Source: Squalus acanthias
Taxonomy: Eukaryota
Assembly: GCA_030390025.1 (NCBI GenBank)
Contig: JASTWF010000070.1
Coordinates: 1,178,001-1,242,000 of the forward strand
Length of the DNA: 64,000 nucleotides
Direction of reading: 5' to 3'
Shown: piece by piece, positions 38,152 to 49,849 of the stretch
Layout of the letters: every line of letters starts with the position of its first letter
How positions within the stretch are numbered: the stretch's first letter is position 1
The notes under the pieces: generated by a model
The model's input: the letters and a program-made list of their open reading frames with translations, nothing else
Database searches by the model: none
Told to the model about the DNA's origin: nothing
Program-made: the position numbers and the translations under genes

Positions 38152-40909
38152 CTGAGGGAAGAACGTATTCACAAGAGGGTCTGTTACACGGCAGAAATAA
38201 ACACCGCTTCCTAAAAAGAAACGGGTACAGCAGTAAACTGTGAATAGAACCATCCGATCATTAATGATCATGGATCCTAATATCTAAACGAGTCAAATGA
38301 CGGGGGTTAAAATTGAACCAATAACAGGAGAAAGAATGAAAGGAAGCAGGGAAGGAAGAAAGAAAGAAAGACAAAAAGAAAGATGCTTTACAGCCAATGA
38401 AGTATTGTTTGAAGTGTAGTCACAGTTGGAATGTAGGAAACGCAGCAGCCAAATTGCGCACAGCAAGCTCCCACAAACAGCAATATGATAATGACCAGAC
38501 CATCTGTGATGTTGATTGAGGGATATAATATTGGCCCCAGGACACCGGGCAGATCTCCCCAGCTCTCCGTCCAATAGTGGCCGTGGGATCTTTTACCTCC
38601 ACCTGAGAGGGCAGACGGGGCAGACGATAGATGGAAAATATTGACATTTGGTCTAATTTCATTCGCCTGAGATAATCCAGTCCTACAACATGACACGAAT
38701 ATTAGAGAATACAGCGCGAAATCTTCTACAAGGCTGACTAGCTCAATGATATAGCGCCGGAATTCCGCCATGTATTAGAAGCACATAAGACTGTCCTGGA
38801 AAGAGATGGAACAGCGCGCAGGGAGTTAAGAAGCTCATTGTCTGCGACCGAGGCGCTTGATGTGAGCTGCACGCTGAACACTTTGCTGGGATATCTTTGC
38901 GCTGGGCCCGGCTCACAAGAGATGTGAAAGGCACAGCTCCGGAAATTGCGTGCTTGCGTTTTAAAAATAGCGGGCCTGGAAAATACAGCGCAATGTCAAG
39001 GCTCGCTGCGGGTTTCCTGTTGACACATTGAACGCCCACGCACAGGTCTGCCTGCAAAGGGCAATGCATTCCAGCTCGTGTTAAACAGGCGTGAAAGGCG
39101 GCGAGCAGTGCAGGCTGATAAACTGTGAACTGAAGGCAGGCAGTGCTGAATTACAATCATCGGACTGGTTGTGTCATTCGTGTGGGCGCGAGGACATGAT
39201 CCTATTTCGAATGTTGCTTTTTATTGGTCCAGAACCCATTCATTCATACACCCTTACTTGTATCAACAAAAATAGACCAGATTGAAGAAAGGTGCAATCA
39301 TCTGCTTTTTTACCAGCCGCGGCTCAGTGGGCAGCACTCTCGCCTCCGGGTCAGAAGGTCGTGGGTTCAGAGTCCCACTCCAGAGACTTGAGCACAATAT
39401 TTATACCTCAGTCAACTTCAATAAAAGAGATGTCCTGATCATTATCACATTGCTATTTGTGGGAGCTTGCTGTGCAAAAAATGGCCGGCGTATTCACTGC
39501 ATTACAACAGTGACGACATTTCAAAAGTACCTCATTGGCTAAAAAGCGCTTTGGGACCTCCTGAGGTGGTGAAAGGCGCTATAGAAATGCAAGTTCTTCT
39601 TTACCTCTTTCCCCAGGTTTTGCTCTGGCGTGTTATTAACCAAACGTCGCCGCCGGGTGAGCATCATTTATGGGCACTGAGTGCGATTTTGGCCGCGCTC
39701 CTGTTCTTATTTACACGCTCAGCCTCCTGGTTCCTGGATTCTGCGCCCCTCTCATCGCCGCTGCACCATCAGGCGCAATTCACATCTCGATTGCATTCAA
39801 TGTCCCATGAAAGAATTAAAAAAAAGATGGATTTAAGAAACGTCCCGATCTGCACATTCCCGAGGTTACCTGGATAATTCCGGAAATTAAGAAATGTGGA
39901 TTGTAGACTGCTTTTTTGGGGTGGAAAGTTCCAGAGTTCCACCACCATTTGTGTTAAGAAGTGCTTCCTGACATCACCCCTGAACGGCCTGGCTCTAAAT
40001 TTAATTTGTTACCCCCTTGTTCTGGACTCCCCCCCACCAGAGAAAATATTTGCTCTCTCCCCACCCTATCAACTCCTTGAAGCATCTGAAACTCATCAAT
40101 TAAATCAACCCTTAATCTTCGATATTGAAGTAGATTCAAGTCTGGTCTATGTAAACTGTCCTCACAATTTAAACTTTTTAGATCCTGTATAATTATCTGG
40201 TTAATTCTCATATGAGCTGAAGTTGGAGGCCTGGTCGCATTGTACAATGGAAATTGCTCCACCTCTGAGTTGCAAGTATATTTCCCTTCTGTAACTAAAC
40301 GGAACTATCTGTGCGTTGGATAACATTTACCAAAATATATTTTACAACATTTCCATTGCTACAACAAGTAAAGGAAGACGTGCATTTATATAGCACCGCA
40401 CAGGACCTCGGGGCTCCCGAAGCGCTTTACAACCAATGAAGTACTTTTGAAGTGTAGTCACTGTTGCAATGTAGGGAGACGCGGCCGCCAATTTACGCAC
40501 AGCAAGATCCCACAAACAAACACTTCAGCAAAAAGTGCTTCATTGGCAGTAAAGCGCTTTGGGACGTCCTGATGTCGTGAAAGGCGCTGCAGAAATGCAA
40601 TTCTCTCTTCTAACAGTTAAGCAGAACATGAATCTTTCGATAATTGTCCCTTTAGCAACTGTTATTATCTTTTTTTTTAATCCGGTTCTCTGCTGTGGTG
40701 TCTCCCGATATGATAAAGAACACATTCTAAATCTGCATGAGATTATAAAGAAAAGATAATTGCTTTATTAAAACGGTAATAAAGTTGTTTAAAAATCATT
40801 AAGCATATCTGCAGACAGAGTACAATCACACTGGGAGCTAATGGATAATTACCGCCCAGTAATTTGAATAGTCACTGAACACAGGCTGTTATTGATGATG
40901 CGGTGATTC

Positions 40910-40957
40910 TCATGACGATGTGTAATCCGCACCAAACGCCAGGCGCGCTTACAGAAT
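40910..40957 (-). pseudogene. Gene C terminal exon, ITIM I-L-[Y>stop]-A-R-L
   Basis: ctcacag|ATT CTG TAA GCG CGC CTG GCG TTT..., which aligns to gene B ACT CTT TTC GCC CAC CTG GCG TTT. Confidence 0.65.
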
Positions 40958-42711
40958 CTGTGAGGGAGCAATATGAGAATACAATTCACAGAATCATAGA
41001 ATCATAGAATGGTTACAGCACGGAAGAAGGCCATTCAGCCAGGCGAACCCGTGCCGACTCTCAGCTGGTCCCACTCCCCCGCCCTTTCACCGTAGCCCTG
41101 CAATTCTTTTTTCTTCAGATACTTATCCAACTCCCCTTTGAAAGATAAGATTGAGTCTGCCTCCACCACCCTCTCAGGCAGCGCATTCCAGCTCCGAACC
41201 ACTCGCTGCGTAAAAAAGTTTATTCTTACGTCGCCTTTGGTTCTTTTGCCAATCACCTTAAATCTGTGTCCTCTGATTCTCGACCCTTCCGCCAATGGGA
41301 TCAGTTTCTCTCTATCTACTCTGTCTGTACCCCTCATGATTTTGAGCACCTCTATCAAATCTCCTCTCAACCTTCTCTGCTCCAAGGAGAACAACCCCAG
41401 CTTCTCTAGTCTATCCACATAACTGAAGTCCTTCATTCCTGGAACCATTAATTTCCACACTTTTGTACTCTATACCTCTATTTATGAAGCCCAGGAGCCT
41501 TTTTAACTGCTTTCTCAACACGCCCTGCCACCTTCAACGATTTGTGCACATTTACCCCAAGGTTTCTCTGTTCCTGCACCCACTTTAGGATTGTACCCTT
41601 AGTTTATATGTCCTCTCCTCATTCTTTCTACAAAAATCTTTCATTTCGCACTTTTCTGCGTTAAATTTAATCTGCCACGTGTCCGCCCATTCCACCAGCC
41701 TGTTTATGTCCTCTTGAAGTCTATCACTCTCCTCCTCACTGTTCACTATACTTCCAAGTTTTGTATAATTTGCAAATTTTGAAATTGTGCCTTGTACACC
41801 CACTTCCAAGTCATTAATATATGTCTTCACCCTCCTGCTCAACTTTATTCTGAGTCAGTATAAGTTTTAATCAAAATGGGAACAACAGGTCTCCCGCCTG
41901 AGTGTCTTTAGATTAATTTAAGAACAGGAAACACGAATTTAAGAAAAGTTTATGCAGTTCCCCTTTTGAATATAATTTCAATTTTACTGATTACAGTGTA
42001 AGAATTAATTCAGAAAGATCAGTAATGGGCACCACCCTCCCTATCTCTCTAACCTCCTCCAGCCCTACAACTATCCGAGATCTCCGCGCTCCTCCAGTTC
42101 TGGCCTCTTGCGCATCGACCGATTTTAATCACTCCACTATTGGCGGCCTAGCCTTTAGCTGCCTGGGCCCTAAGCTCTAAAATTCCCTCTCGGCCTCTCT
42201 CTCCTCCTTTAAGACGCTCCTTAAAACCGACGTCTTAGACCAAGCTTTTAGTAACCAGTCCTAAAAACTCCTTATGTGGCTCGCTGTCATATATTCTCTA
42301 ATTAACGCTCCTGTGAATCGCCTTGGGACATTAAAGGCGCTGTATAGATACAAGGGGGTAGAAATTAGGTCGCGCCCCATTTGGGGCGCAAATATCGTCC
42401 GCGCGCAAATATTAGCGCCTGGCGCTAATTATCGGCACTGACAGGAAACTTCACTTTTACCGCCCCGGGAGGTGAGTGGAGCGCTAAATTAGGCGCTGCA
42501 CACCTCTCTTAAGGCGCAAAGGCCGAGCAGTGAGGCGCTACCTCAGCGCACGAGCGCAGCGCAGCTGCTGCCAGTTAGCGAGGGAACACAGACACACTGG
42601 CGCCGGACACTTCTTAAAGCGGGGGGGGCCACTTGCTCCCCAGCCACACCCTGCTCATTGCAGCCTTGAATCTCAGCCTGGAGAGACCTGTAATCCATTT
42701 TGCTGCCAAGC

Positions 42712-44678
42712 ATGGAGAGGGTGAGAGAACGCGCTCATCGCTTCACCGAGCGGGCCTTGGATGCTCTGGTTGACGCAGTGGAGCGCAGACGATGCATGCT
42801 GTTCCCGGAGAGTGGCAGGAGGCCTTTGCCACGCGAGTTCAGAAGAGTGTGGAGGGAGGTGGCTCAGAGCGTCTCCTCCAGGAGCATGGTGCCCAGGACC
42901 CATGTCCAGTGCCGCAAAAAGTTCAACGACCTCACTCGGGTCGTCAGGGTGAGTGGCTTTTTCTCAATACCTCTCCATCCCTCCATCTCAACCTCACTCT
43001 ATGGCCAGAGGGTCTTAAAACCCCAATGCACAACACTCATGCAACACCTATGGCCCTTTCATCAAACACACACACACATTCCACACTTTGCATACAGTAA
43101 GGGCTATTCACCTATGAGAGGCACATCAGGCAAGACCATGGCTGCATACAGTAAGGGCTATTCACCTATGGGAGGCACATCAGGCAAGACCATGGCTGCA
43201 TATTGTAAGGGCTATTCACCTATGGGAGGCACATCAGGCAAGACCATGGCTGTATATTGACTCAGATGCTGTCCCTTTTCTTGCAGGCTAAGCTGGCTCA
43301 TAATCGGAGACAGCAGCAACGGACGGGTGGAGGGCGGCTTCAGCTGCAACCCCTCAGCGATCTGGAGGAGCGCGTCCACAGGATTGTGGCAAGCCGGGTG
43401 ATCGGTCCCGTCACCACTGGAGACGCCGACCCCGTTGTGGACAGCAATGGTAAGGTCATCACCTTTTTGTCCTCTGTCCTTCCACTTGTCCCTCACAATA
43501 CCAGCCTTTGACACTTTCAATCCAACTTGCTAACTCGCTGCACTTATTCCTCCCTTACTGCCACCCTGTACTCACGCTAAAGCCACTCTTGTAACTCCCT
43601 GCTTTCAGATGGTGATTCACCAGCTGAGGAGATGGTCCCTGAAGCTGCCACTGGGAGTGATGCTGCAGCTGAGGAGGAAGAGGAAGCCGGAGCATCAGTG
43701 CCACCCTCTCCCGAGGAAGCCCATGGCCACACTGGGAACACGCCTTCCCCGGAGGGGAGCAGGGGGGAAGGGGCTGATGATGGTGAAGTTCCAGGACCCA
43801 GCGGGCTGCAGCAACGCCATTGGGGGGGGGAGGGAAGAACGGGGGAGCAGGGGGGAAGGGGCTGATGATGGTGAAGTTCCAGGACCCAGCGGGCTGCAGC
43901 AACGCCATGGGGGGGGGGGAGGGAAGAACGGGAGCCTTCTCCCCAGAGGGAGAGTATGCCAGACACTCCTAATGCAATGGACGCAGAGGAGGAGCGGCTG
44001 ATTGCAGAAATGAACAGCCAGGCGGTGGGCATGCACACTGAGCTCATGGGTGCAGTGGGAAGGGTGCCCGAATGCATTGAGGCACTGGCAAGGAGTGTGG
44101 AGCACTTCGCTGTAGCACAGGCGGATGCCACACTAAAGCTTACTGCTGCAATTCAGTCACTGGCTGCCAGGAACCCATCTGAGCCTGCTCTCATGCAGAC
44201 TCAGATTGAGGCCACGCGAGCACTGACTGCTGCCATCCTCGATGGTTCGTGCACATGTCCCCGGGGCTGTCACCGCGCCGCAGCAGGCCAGCAATCTGTT
44301 CTCCGGCAAATTGCTCCGGATGCTGAAGTGCTGCCCCGTGGGAGTGCCAGTGTGTCGGGCGAGCAGGGAGTTGCTGTCCTCTCTCACGATGACAGCATTC
44401 CTGCTGCCAACACTGTCACTTCTCCACTGCACTTGCCACCGCCTGTAGGACAGACTGCTGCCGCCCATGCAGAGTTGGTGCAGTCTGCAGCCGGGCCCTC
44501 CAGGCCCAGAAGTGGTCGAGGCCGTCCTTCAGGGGCATCTGCAGTGTCAGGGTCTGACAAGCAGCAGCCTTCCACCAGCCTTGCTGCAGCCACTGAGGTC
44601 CCATTACGGAGGAGCAGTAGGGTTAGAAGGGGGGAAGTGCGCAAGGGAAGGAGATCACCCTCGAAGGGCAAAAAGTAG
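42712..44678 (+). CDS. Harbinger Myb/SANT-like DNA-binding protein (3 exons: 42712-42948, 43287-43449, 43609-44678)
   Basis: RFTERALDALVDAV...WREVAQSVS...RTHVQCRKKFNDL|AKLAHNRRQQQRTGGG with GT-AG introns. Exon 3 has a local frame break inside a ~90-bp G-run duplication (43755-43935). Confidence 0.75.
43090..43257 (+). repeat. 3 x 54-bp tandem repeat in intron 1 of the Harbinger Myb gene
   Basis: GCATACAGTAAGGGCTATTCACCTATG...GGCAAGACCATGGCT, three near-identical copies. Confidence 0.9.
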
Positions 44679-44972
44679 GAGGTGTGCCAAAATGCTGGTC
44701 ATTTTTTTATTAAAGGCCGAGGTTCATGGCCCAACTTTTGTTTAGTGTTTTGGACATTATCTCCAGGTTGTGAGAACCAGTTATGTTATTGACTGTTTTT
44801 TTGTGTTTATTTCTATGAGTTTGTCATGAGGAATTGACACACACAGAGTTTGTACAATAAATAAGTTTCTGTATTCAAAATATACATGGCTGGTGGTTGG
44901 AATTATTGGTGCCTTGGCCGGCTTAGGGGTTGCGTGCTGGGTTGATTCGTGTTTGTAGCACTGGCAGGGGCC

Positions 44973-46133
44973 CTAGAAGCGGCTTGCTATTAGTCGTTGA
45001 CGGACGGCCCTTGCAGTTTGACCATTGTGGGCCGCCCTCCTGCCTTGGTGCTGCTGCTGATCATCGTCCTCGGCCTGTTCCTCCTCTTCCTCCTCCTCCT
45101 CTTGTGGTGCTGCAAGGCCTGGTGGCATTGGCTGCGTCCTGAGGATTGCCATGTTGTGCAACATGCAGCACACCACTACGAATTTGGAAACTTGCTCAGG
45201 CGAGTACTGCAGGGCTCCTCCGGAATGGTCCAGACAGCGGAATCGTTGTTTGAGCACGCCGATTGTGCGCTCAATAATGTTCCTCGTTGCTTGTTGGCTT
45301 TCCTGGTACCGCAGCTCAGCAGGGGTGTTTGGCGCACGGAGCGGTGTCATCAGCCAGGTGCTCAATGCGTACCCCTTGTCCCCCAGAAGCCAACCAACTG
45401 GCTGATGCGGTGCCTCGAAAATTTCTGCCACAGTACTCTGGCGCAGGATGAAAGCATCGTGGCAGCTGCCCGGAGAGTGGGCATTGACAGCGAGAATCAC
45501 CTGTCTGTGGTCACAGACCAACTGCACATTCAAGGAATGGAACCCCATTCTGTTCCGGAACTCCTCTGCATTCTCTCGCGGAGCACGCAAAGCCACATGC
45601 GTGCAGTCAATGGCGCCCTGCACCATGGGGAAGCCCGCTACCCTCGCAAAGCCCATAGCACGGTCATGCTGCTTGTCTGGGGTCATAGGGAAGGAGATGA
45701 AGTCTCGTCTCCTTGTGAAGAGGGCATTGGTGACCTGCCGGATGCAGCGATGCACCGCAAACTGGGAGATATTGGCGAGGTCCCCAACAGCAGCTTGGAA
45801 TGAGCCAGTGGCGTAGAAGTTCAAAGCCACTGTGACCTTCACTGCCACCGACAGAGACGTCCTGGACCTCAGCTGAGGCTGCAGATCTGGCTGCAGCAGG
45901 TGGCAGAGCTCAGTGACCACCTCCTTGCTGAATCGCAGCCTTCGCAAACACAGCTCCTCGGACATGTGGATGTAGGAGAGCTGTTCACGATATACCCTGG
46001 GAGGGTAAGCTCTCCTGTACATGCGCCTGATGGCCCTCCTCCGTCTGGCCATCATTGCCACTCTCTGTCTGCGTCTCACTCTCCTCCGATTGAGCTGGAG
46101 CAGGACGACGCCCCCAATCATTGCAGCCCCCAT
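44973..46133 (-). CDS. Harbinger (HARBI1-like) DDE transposase, 386 aa, intact
   Basis: ALNFYATGSFQ, GAIDCTHV, GSCHDAFIL, LLGDKGY, TRNIIERTIGVLKQRFRCL and CCMLHN motifs. Confidence 0.93.
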   Translation of the reverse strand: MGAAMIGGVVLLQLNRRRVRRRQRVAMMARRRRAIRRMYRRAYPPRVYREQLSYIHMSEELCLRRLRFSKEVVTELCHLLQPDLQPQLRSRTSLSVAVKVTVALNFYATGSFQAAVGDLANISQFAVHRCIRQVTNALFTRRRDFISFPMTPDKQHDRAMGFARVAGFPMVQGAIDCTHVALRAPRENAEEFRNRMGFHSLNVQLVCDHRQVILAVNAHSPGSCHDAFILRQSTVAEIFEAPHQPVGWLLGDKGYALSTWLMTPLRAPNTPAELRYQESQQATRNIIERTIGVLKQRFRCLDHSGGALQYSPEQVSKFVVVCCMLHNMAILRTQPMPPGLAAPQEEEEEEEEQAEDDDQQQHQGRRAAHNGQTARAVRQRLIASRF

Positions 46134-47093
46134 ATTCTCTTTGCCAGAAAAGTAATGAGGTACAGCAACGAAAGTAGCAGCAAAGTTAGGATGAACTAGG
46201 CAAAACTACCTCACAAAGCGTTGAGTCAATGTAGAAGTCTCTCTCTCTCTCTCTCCGAATCTCTCTCTCTCTCTCAGAACGAGTGGTGCATAAATGTCGA
46301 CCACAGAAAAAGACAGGAAGAGGCCCCCTTTAAATAGCGCCCCCCCCAGCCCCACACCGATTGATAACGTTCCAGTCTTCCGGTCGTTGGAAGCGCCAGG
46401 CGGTAAGGCAGTGGGCGCCACTCAATTTCCGCTCCGGGGCGCCCCAAGGGCGTTGCACCACGGAATGACGTCACAATCTGCGCGCGCAGGTGGTCGCAGC
46501 GGTAAGTTTTAGCGCCGCCGCACAATCTCAAGTTAAGTTCTCGAGCGGCGCAAACAGCGCTGCGCCCGGGCGTTAGCGCCTTAACGCCCCATTAGCGCCC
46601 ATTTAAGGCGCTAACGGGAGGCGCAACCAACTGAATTTTTACCCCAAGTTGTTCTAAGCAATTCATTGCATGCGAATCGCTTTGGGTCGTTTCCGAGAGA
46701 GGCACAACACGCTGTATTAATGCGAATCTCTCCTTAAAGTAACCACCAACGGACATGTCCATGAATATCAATGAAACGCCTGATACCAGTATAGAATCTT
46801 ACAGCACAGAAGGGGGGCATTCGGCCCGTCCTGCCTGTGCCGGCTCGGTGAAAGCGCTACCCAATTAGTCCCACTCCTCCTGCTCTCTAATGAAAATAAC
46901 ATCTCTGAGATTCTTCACACCTACCTCGTTTTCTGGGTTCTTGATTCTTTAATCTGGACCTTGGTCAGTTGTGACTAGACTCTCTGATTTAAGGAGATGA
47001 TTAGAGATAAATATGCAAACTTACACACCAAAAGGACCCTTTCAGAAAAACGACAAAAGACTCAACTTATGTTTAGCTTCGGACAGGCAGTAC

Positions 47094-47210
47094 CTGGTTT
47101 GCGGGTCTTGCAGCGCCGTCTCGCCGCGACAATGACCATCCCCAGCACAAGAAGGGCCGCCGCCATACGGGCGTAAAACGCGATGCGGCAGGTCGTGCTC
47201 CGGAGGGACA
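47094..47210 (-). CDS. Gene C transmembrane exon (Arg in TM)
   Basis: VSLRSTTCRIAFYARMAAALLVLGMVIVAARRRCKTRKP, 117 nt, phase 1/1, colinear with the gene B TM exon. Confidence 0.8.
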
Positions 47211-49111
47211 CTGAACAACAAAGAATTAACTCTAATGAAATGAATGAAACACAAACTAATAACTTACCTTCAGTGACATTCTGAAACCTCGCCTACTGGG
47301 ATTTGAAGACGTTTTTGCCAGAATCGTTAAACACAAGATGATGTCCTGTTCCCTATATCACTGCAAGTCGTTCCTGTTGTTGAGATCTCTGCGCTCCTCC
47401 AATTCTGGCCTCTTGCACATCCCCCGATTTCCATTTTCCCTCCATTGGCGGCCGTGCCTTCAGCTGCCTGGGCCCCGAGCTCTGGATATTCCCTCCCTAA
47501 ACCTCTCCGCCTCTCTCTCCTCCTTCAAGACGCTTCTTAAAAACTCCCTCTTTGTCCCAGCTTTTGGTCACCTGTCCTAATATCTCCTTATGTGGCTCGG
47601 TGATAAATTGTGTCTGATAATCGCTCCTGTGAAGCGCCTTGGGACGTTTTACTACGTTAAATGCGCTGTATAAATGCAGGTTCTTGTTGTTGAATTATGT
47701 ATAGGCTTAAAGGTTGTTAAGTGCTCACTCGCATATTTATCCATTTTTAAAATGTGCACTTACTTTAGTGCTAGACTTTATGTAGAATTTAGACAGAGAC
47801 ATGGAGGGGGCACAAAAGGGATGCAGCAAGTTGATATTAGGGGTGAAAGACCTTAATTAGGAAGAGACGCGGTTGGGGATACTGTTAGAACAGAGAAGGT
47901 TAAGAGGAAATCTAATAGAGGTGTTCAGTTTTACCAGGGATTTGGTAAAGTGGATAAGGAAAGACATTTTCACTGGTCCGTGAGTCGGCAAGAGCATAAA
48001 TGTAAGATCATTACAAAAAGGAATGAAGATGTTAGCAGTCGTTAATGCAGTCGGTTGGTGGGTCAGAGAAGGTGATATTAGGAATAGTCGTGGGAGCAAT
48101 TTTGAAGAAGGATGTCATTTAATCTTTGAAAAAGAAAAAAAAAGTATGAAGAATGGGTAGGGCAATGGGACGAAGAGGAACCACCTTCAGAGAGAGGGTA
48201 CAGGGCGATGGGTGAAAGGGAAAAATAAGCTAAGCGATTGAGATTAAGGGGCGAACTCTTCCAGACAGCAATCACAGGCACGATGCGTCGAATGACCCTC
48301 CTCCTGTACTGGAAAAGTCTGAATCTGGATAGGGGCATGTCGTCAAAACCTAAGGTAGGATATACTTGCCAGAGAGGAAGAGCAACGAAGGTTCACCAGA
48401 CTGGTTCCTTGGATTGTCCTATGAGGAGAGATTGAGTGGACTAGGCCTATATTCTCTCGAGTTTAGATGAATGAGAGGTGATTTCATTGAACCATACAAA
48501 ATTCTTACAGGATAGAAGCAGGGAGGATGTTTCCCCTGGCTGGGGAGTCTAGAACCAGGGGTCACAGTCTCAGAATAAGGAGTCGGCCATTTATGACTGA
48601 GATGAGGAGAAATTTCTTCACTCAGAGGGTGATGAAGCGTTGGAATTTTCTGCACCAGAGGGCTGTGGAGGCTCAGTCGTTGAGTATATTCAAGACAGAG
48701 ATCGATAGATTTTTGGATATTAAGGGAATCAATGGACATGGGGATAGTGCAGGAAAGTGGAGATGAGGTAGAAGATCAGCCATGATCTTATTAAATGGCG
48801 GAGCAGGCTCGAATGACCAAATGCCTTACTCCTGCTCCTATTTCTTATGTTCTTATGAAGCAGGTGAGATGTGCAGCGACTGATGGCGAGATAGTCAGGC
48901 AAGAAACATGGAGAAATAAATGCAGCAAATGGCCAGCAAAGGAAAAGAGATGTTAAAGTTTCCGTTAGAGCGCTCTAGTCTGGAGTTGCTTGCAACATTG
49001 GCAAATTTGTAAAATGTTACTGAAGAGGGACAAAGTGTAGTTTAGGATATAAAGCAACAGTTCTGATGCAGCAGTTTAACACTATCATTAACTCGTCTCA
49101 ACTCCAGTTAC

Positions 49112-49411
49112 CTCTCTCAGACGAGACACTTTTACTGATCAGATCCCCAGCCGAGTTGATTGGAATGGCGCAGTACAGACTGCGCCGCTGCTCCAAGTTT
49201 CCGCCGAGACGCTGATGTGGCTTCTCGTAGCTCCCGTCCGGGTCCACCGTCCCGGAATCGCTGCGTCCCTCGGTAACCCGGCCCGAAACATTACAGCGGA
49301 CGGGAAGGGAATCGGGAGACGCGCCTCTCACCAAACACATCAAGGGCACCCGTTCCGACCAGGAAATTTCATTTGGCGGTGGAGTTAAGAGAAATATATC
49401 CGGAGGACCCG
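49112..49411 (-). pseudogene. Gene C C1 exon with compensating 5-nt and 1-nt deletions
   Basis: Aligns to gene B C1. The segment between DGSY and CAIP reads in a shifted frame, and the core Trp is changed to Cys. Confidence 0.8.
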
Positions 49412-49513
49412 CTAAATTCGGAAAATAAAACGAAGGCCGAATTAACAGTTAAACAAGACGCGTTTTAATTGATGTATAAATGCAAAATTGAGTGAAATAG
49501 TTGTGAAGATTAC

Positions 49514-49849
49514 CTGTAATCACTAGCTTGGAGCCATTTCAGAATATTAAGGACTTAGTGTGGTTTGGCGAGGCACAGTAAAACAGCCCAGAATCATTTC
49601 TCTGGACATTTGCAATGACCAGAGTATAATTACCAGATTTATTACATATCTCGGCGGAAAATCTTCCCGCTGGCCTTACGAATTGGCCCACTTTGTAAAC
49701 GAGCTTTAATTCCCCTCGGTGCCATTGTCTGTACCAGGACACAACGAGACGCGCCATCCTCCCCGTCTGGCATTGCAGTTTAACAAGGCTCCCGACAGCA
49801 AGCGTCTGAACCGGCGGAGACTGGGACAAAACCAACTGAGACACAACAA
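49514..49849 (-). pseudogene. Gene C V+J exon
   Basis: VVVSQLVLSQSPPVQTLAVGSLVKLQC...WYRQWHRGELKLVY...DSGLFYCASPNHTKSLIF*NGSKLVIT|GTAATC, 336 nt. Confidence 0.88.

Larger units (their letters stand above)
32827..38838 (-). pseudogene. Gene B: non-rearranging antigen-receptor-like IgSF gene, disrupted by a CR1 insertion in V and a dead leader donor
   Basis: Exons: L 38838-38796 (donor GA instead of GT), VJ 38151-36700 (339 nt after removing the CR1 and one TSD copy), C1 36607-36305, TM 33922-33806, Cyt 33662-33604, terminal 32871-32827. Phases are consistent and exon sizes match gene C (43/117/59 nt). Confidence 0.85.
42355..46645. mobile_element. Full-length PIF/Harbinger DNA transposon (4.3 kb)
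   Basis: TIRs GGGGTAGAAATT / AATTTTTACCCC and a 3-bp TSD AAG (42352-54, 46646-48). Removing the element restores a LINE/SINE tail (...ATACAAGTTGTT). It carries convergent Myb/SANT and transposase genes. Confidence 0.92.

Noticed and set aside
43090-43257. Regular repeats as a CRISPR-like array
   Set aside because: They are head-to-tail 54-bp repeats with no spacers, in eukaryotic transposon DNA.
44997-45803. 268-aa plus-strand ORF and the many other 60-200 aa ORFs
   Set aside because: They are antisense or alternate-frame shadows of the transposase, CR1/L2/SINE fragments, microsatellites or N-gaps.
47268-47292. Possible mini-exon with a strong GTAAGT donor upstream of the gene C TM exon
   Set aside because: I found no acceptor giving an open phase-1/1 exon, and no counterpart is visible in gene B (that region has a repeat and a gap).
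22028-49849. Calling genes A, B and C TCR or Ig light-chain genes
   Set aside because: They have no RSS or separate segments, very short V-C introns, TM plus multi-exon tails and no octamer, and the C1 sequences differ from the flanking IgL C.
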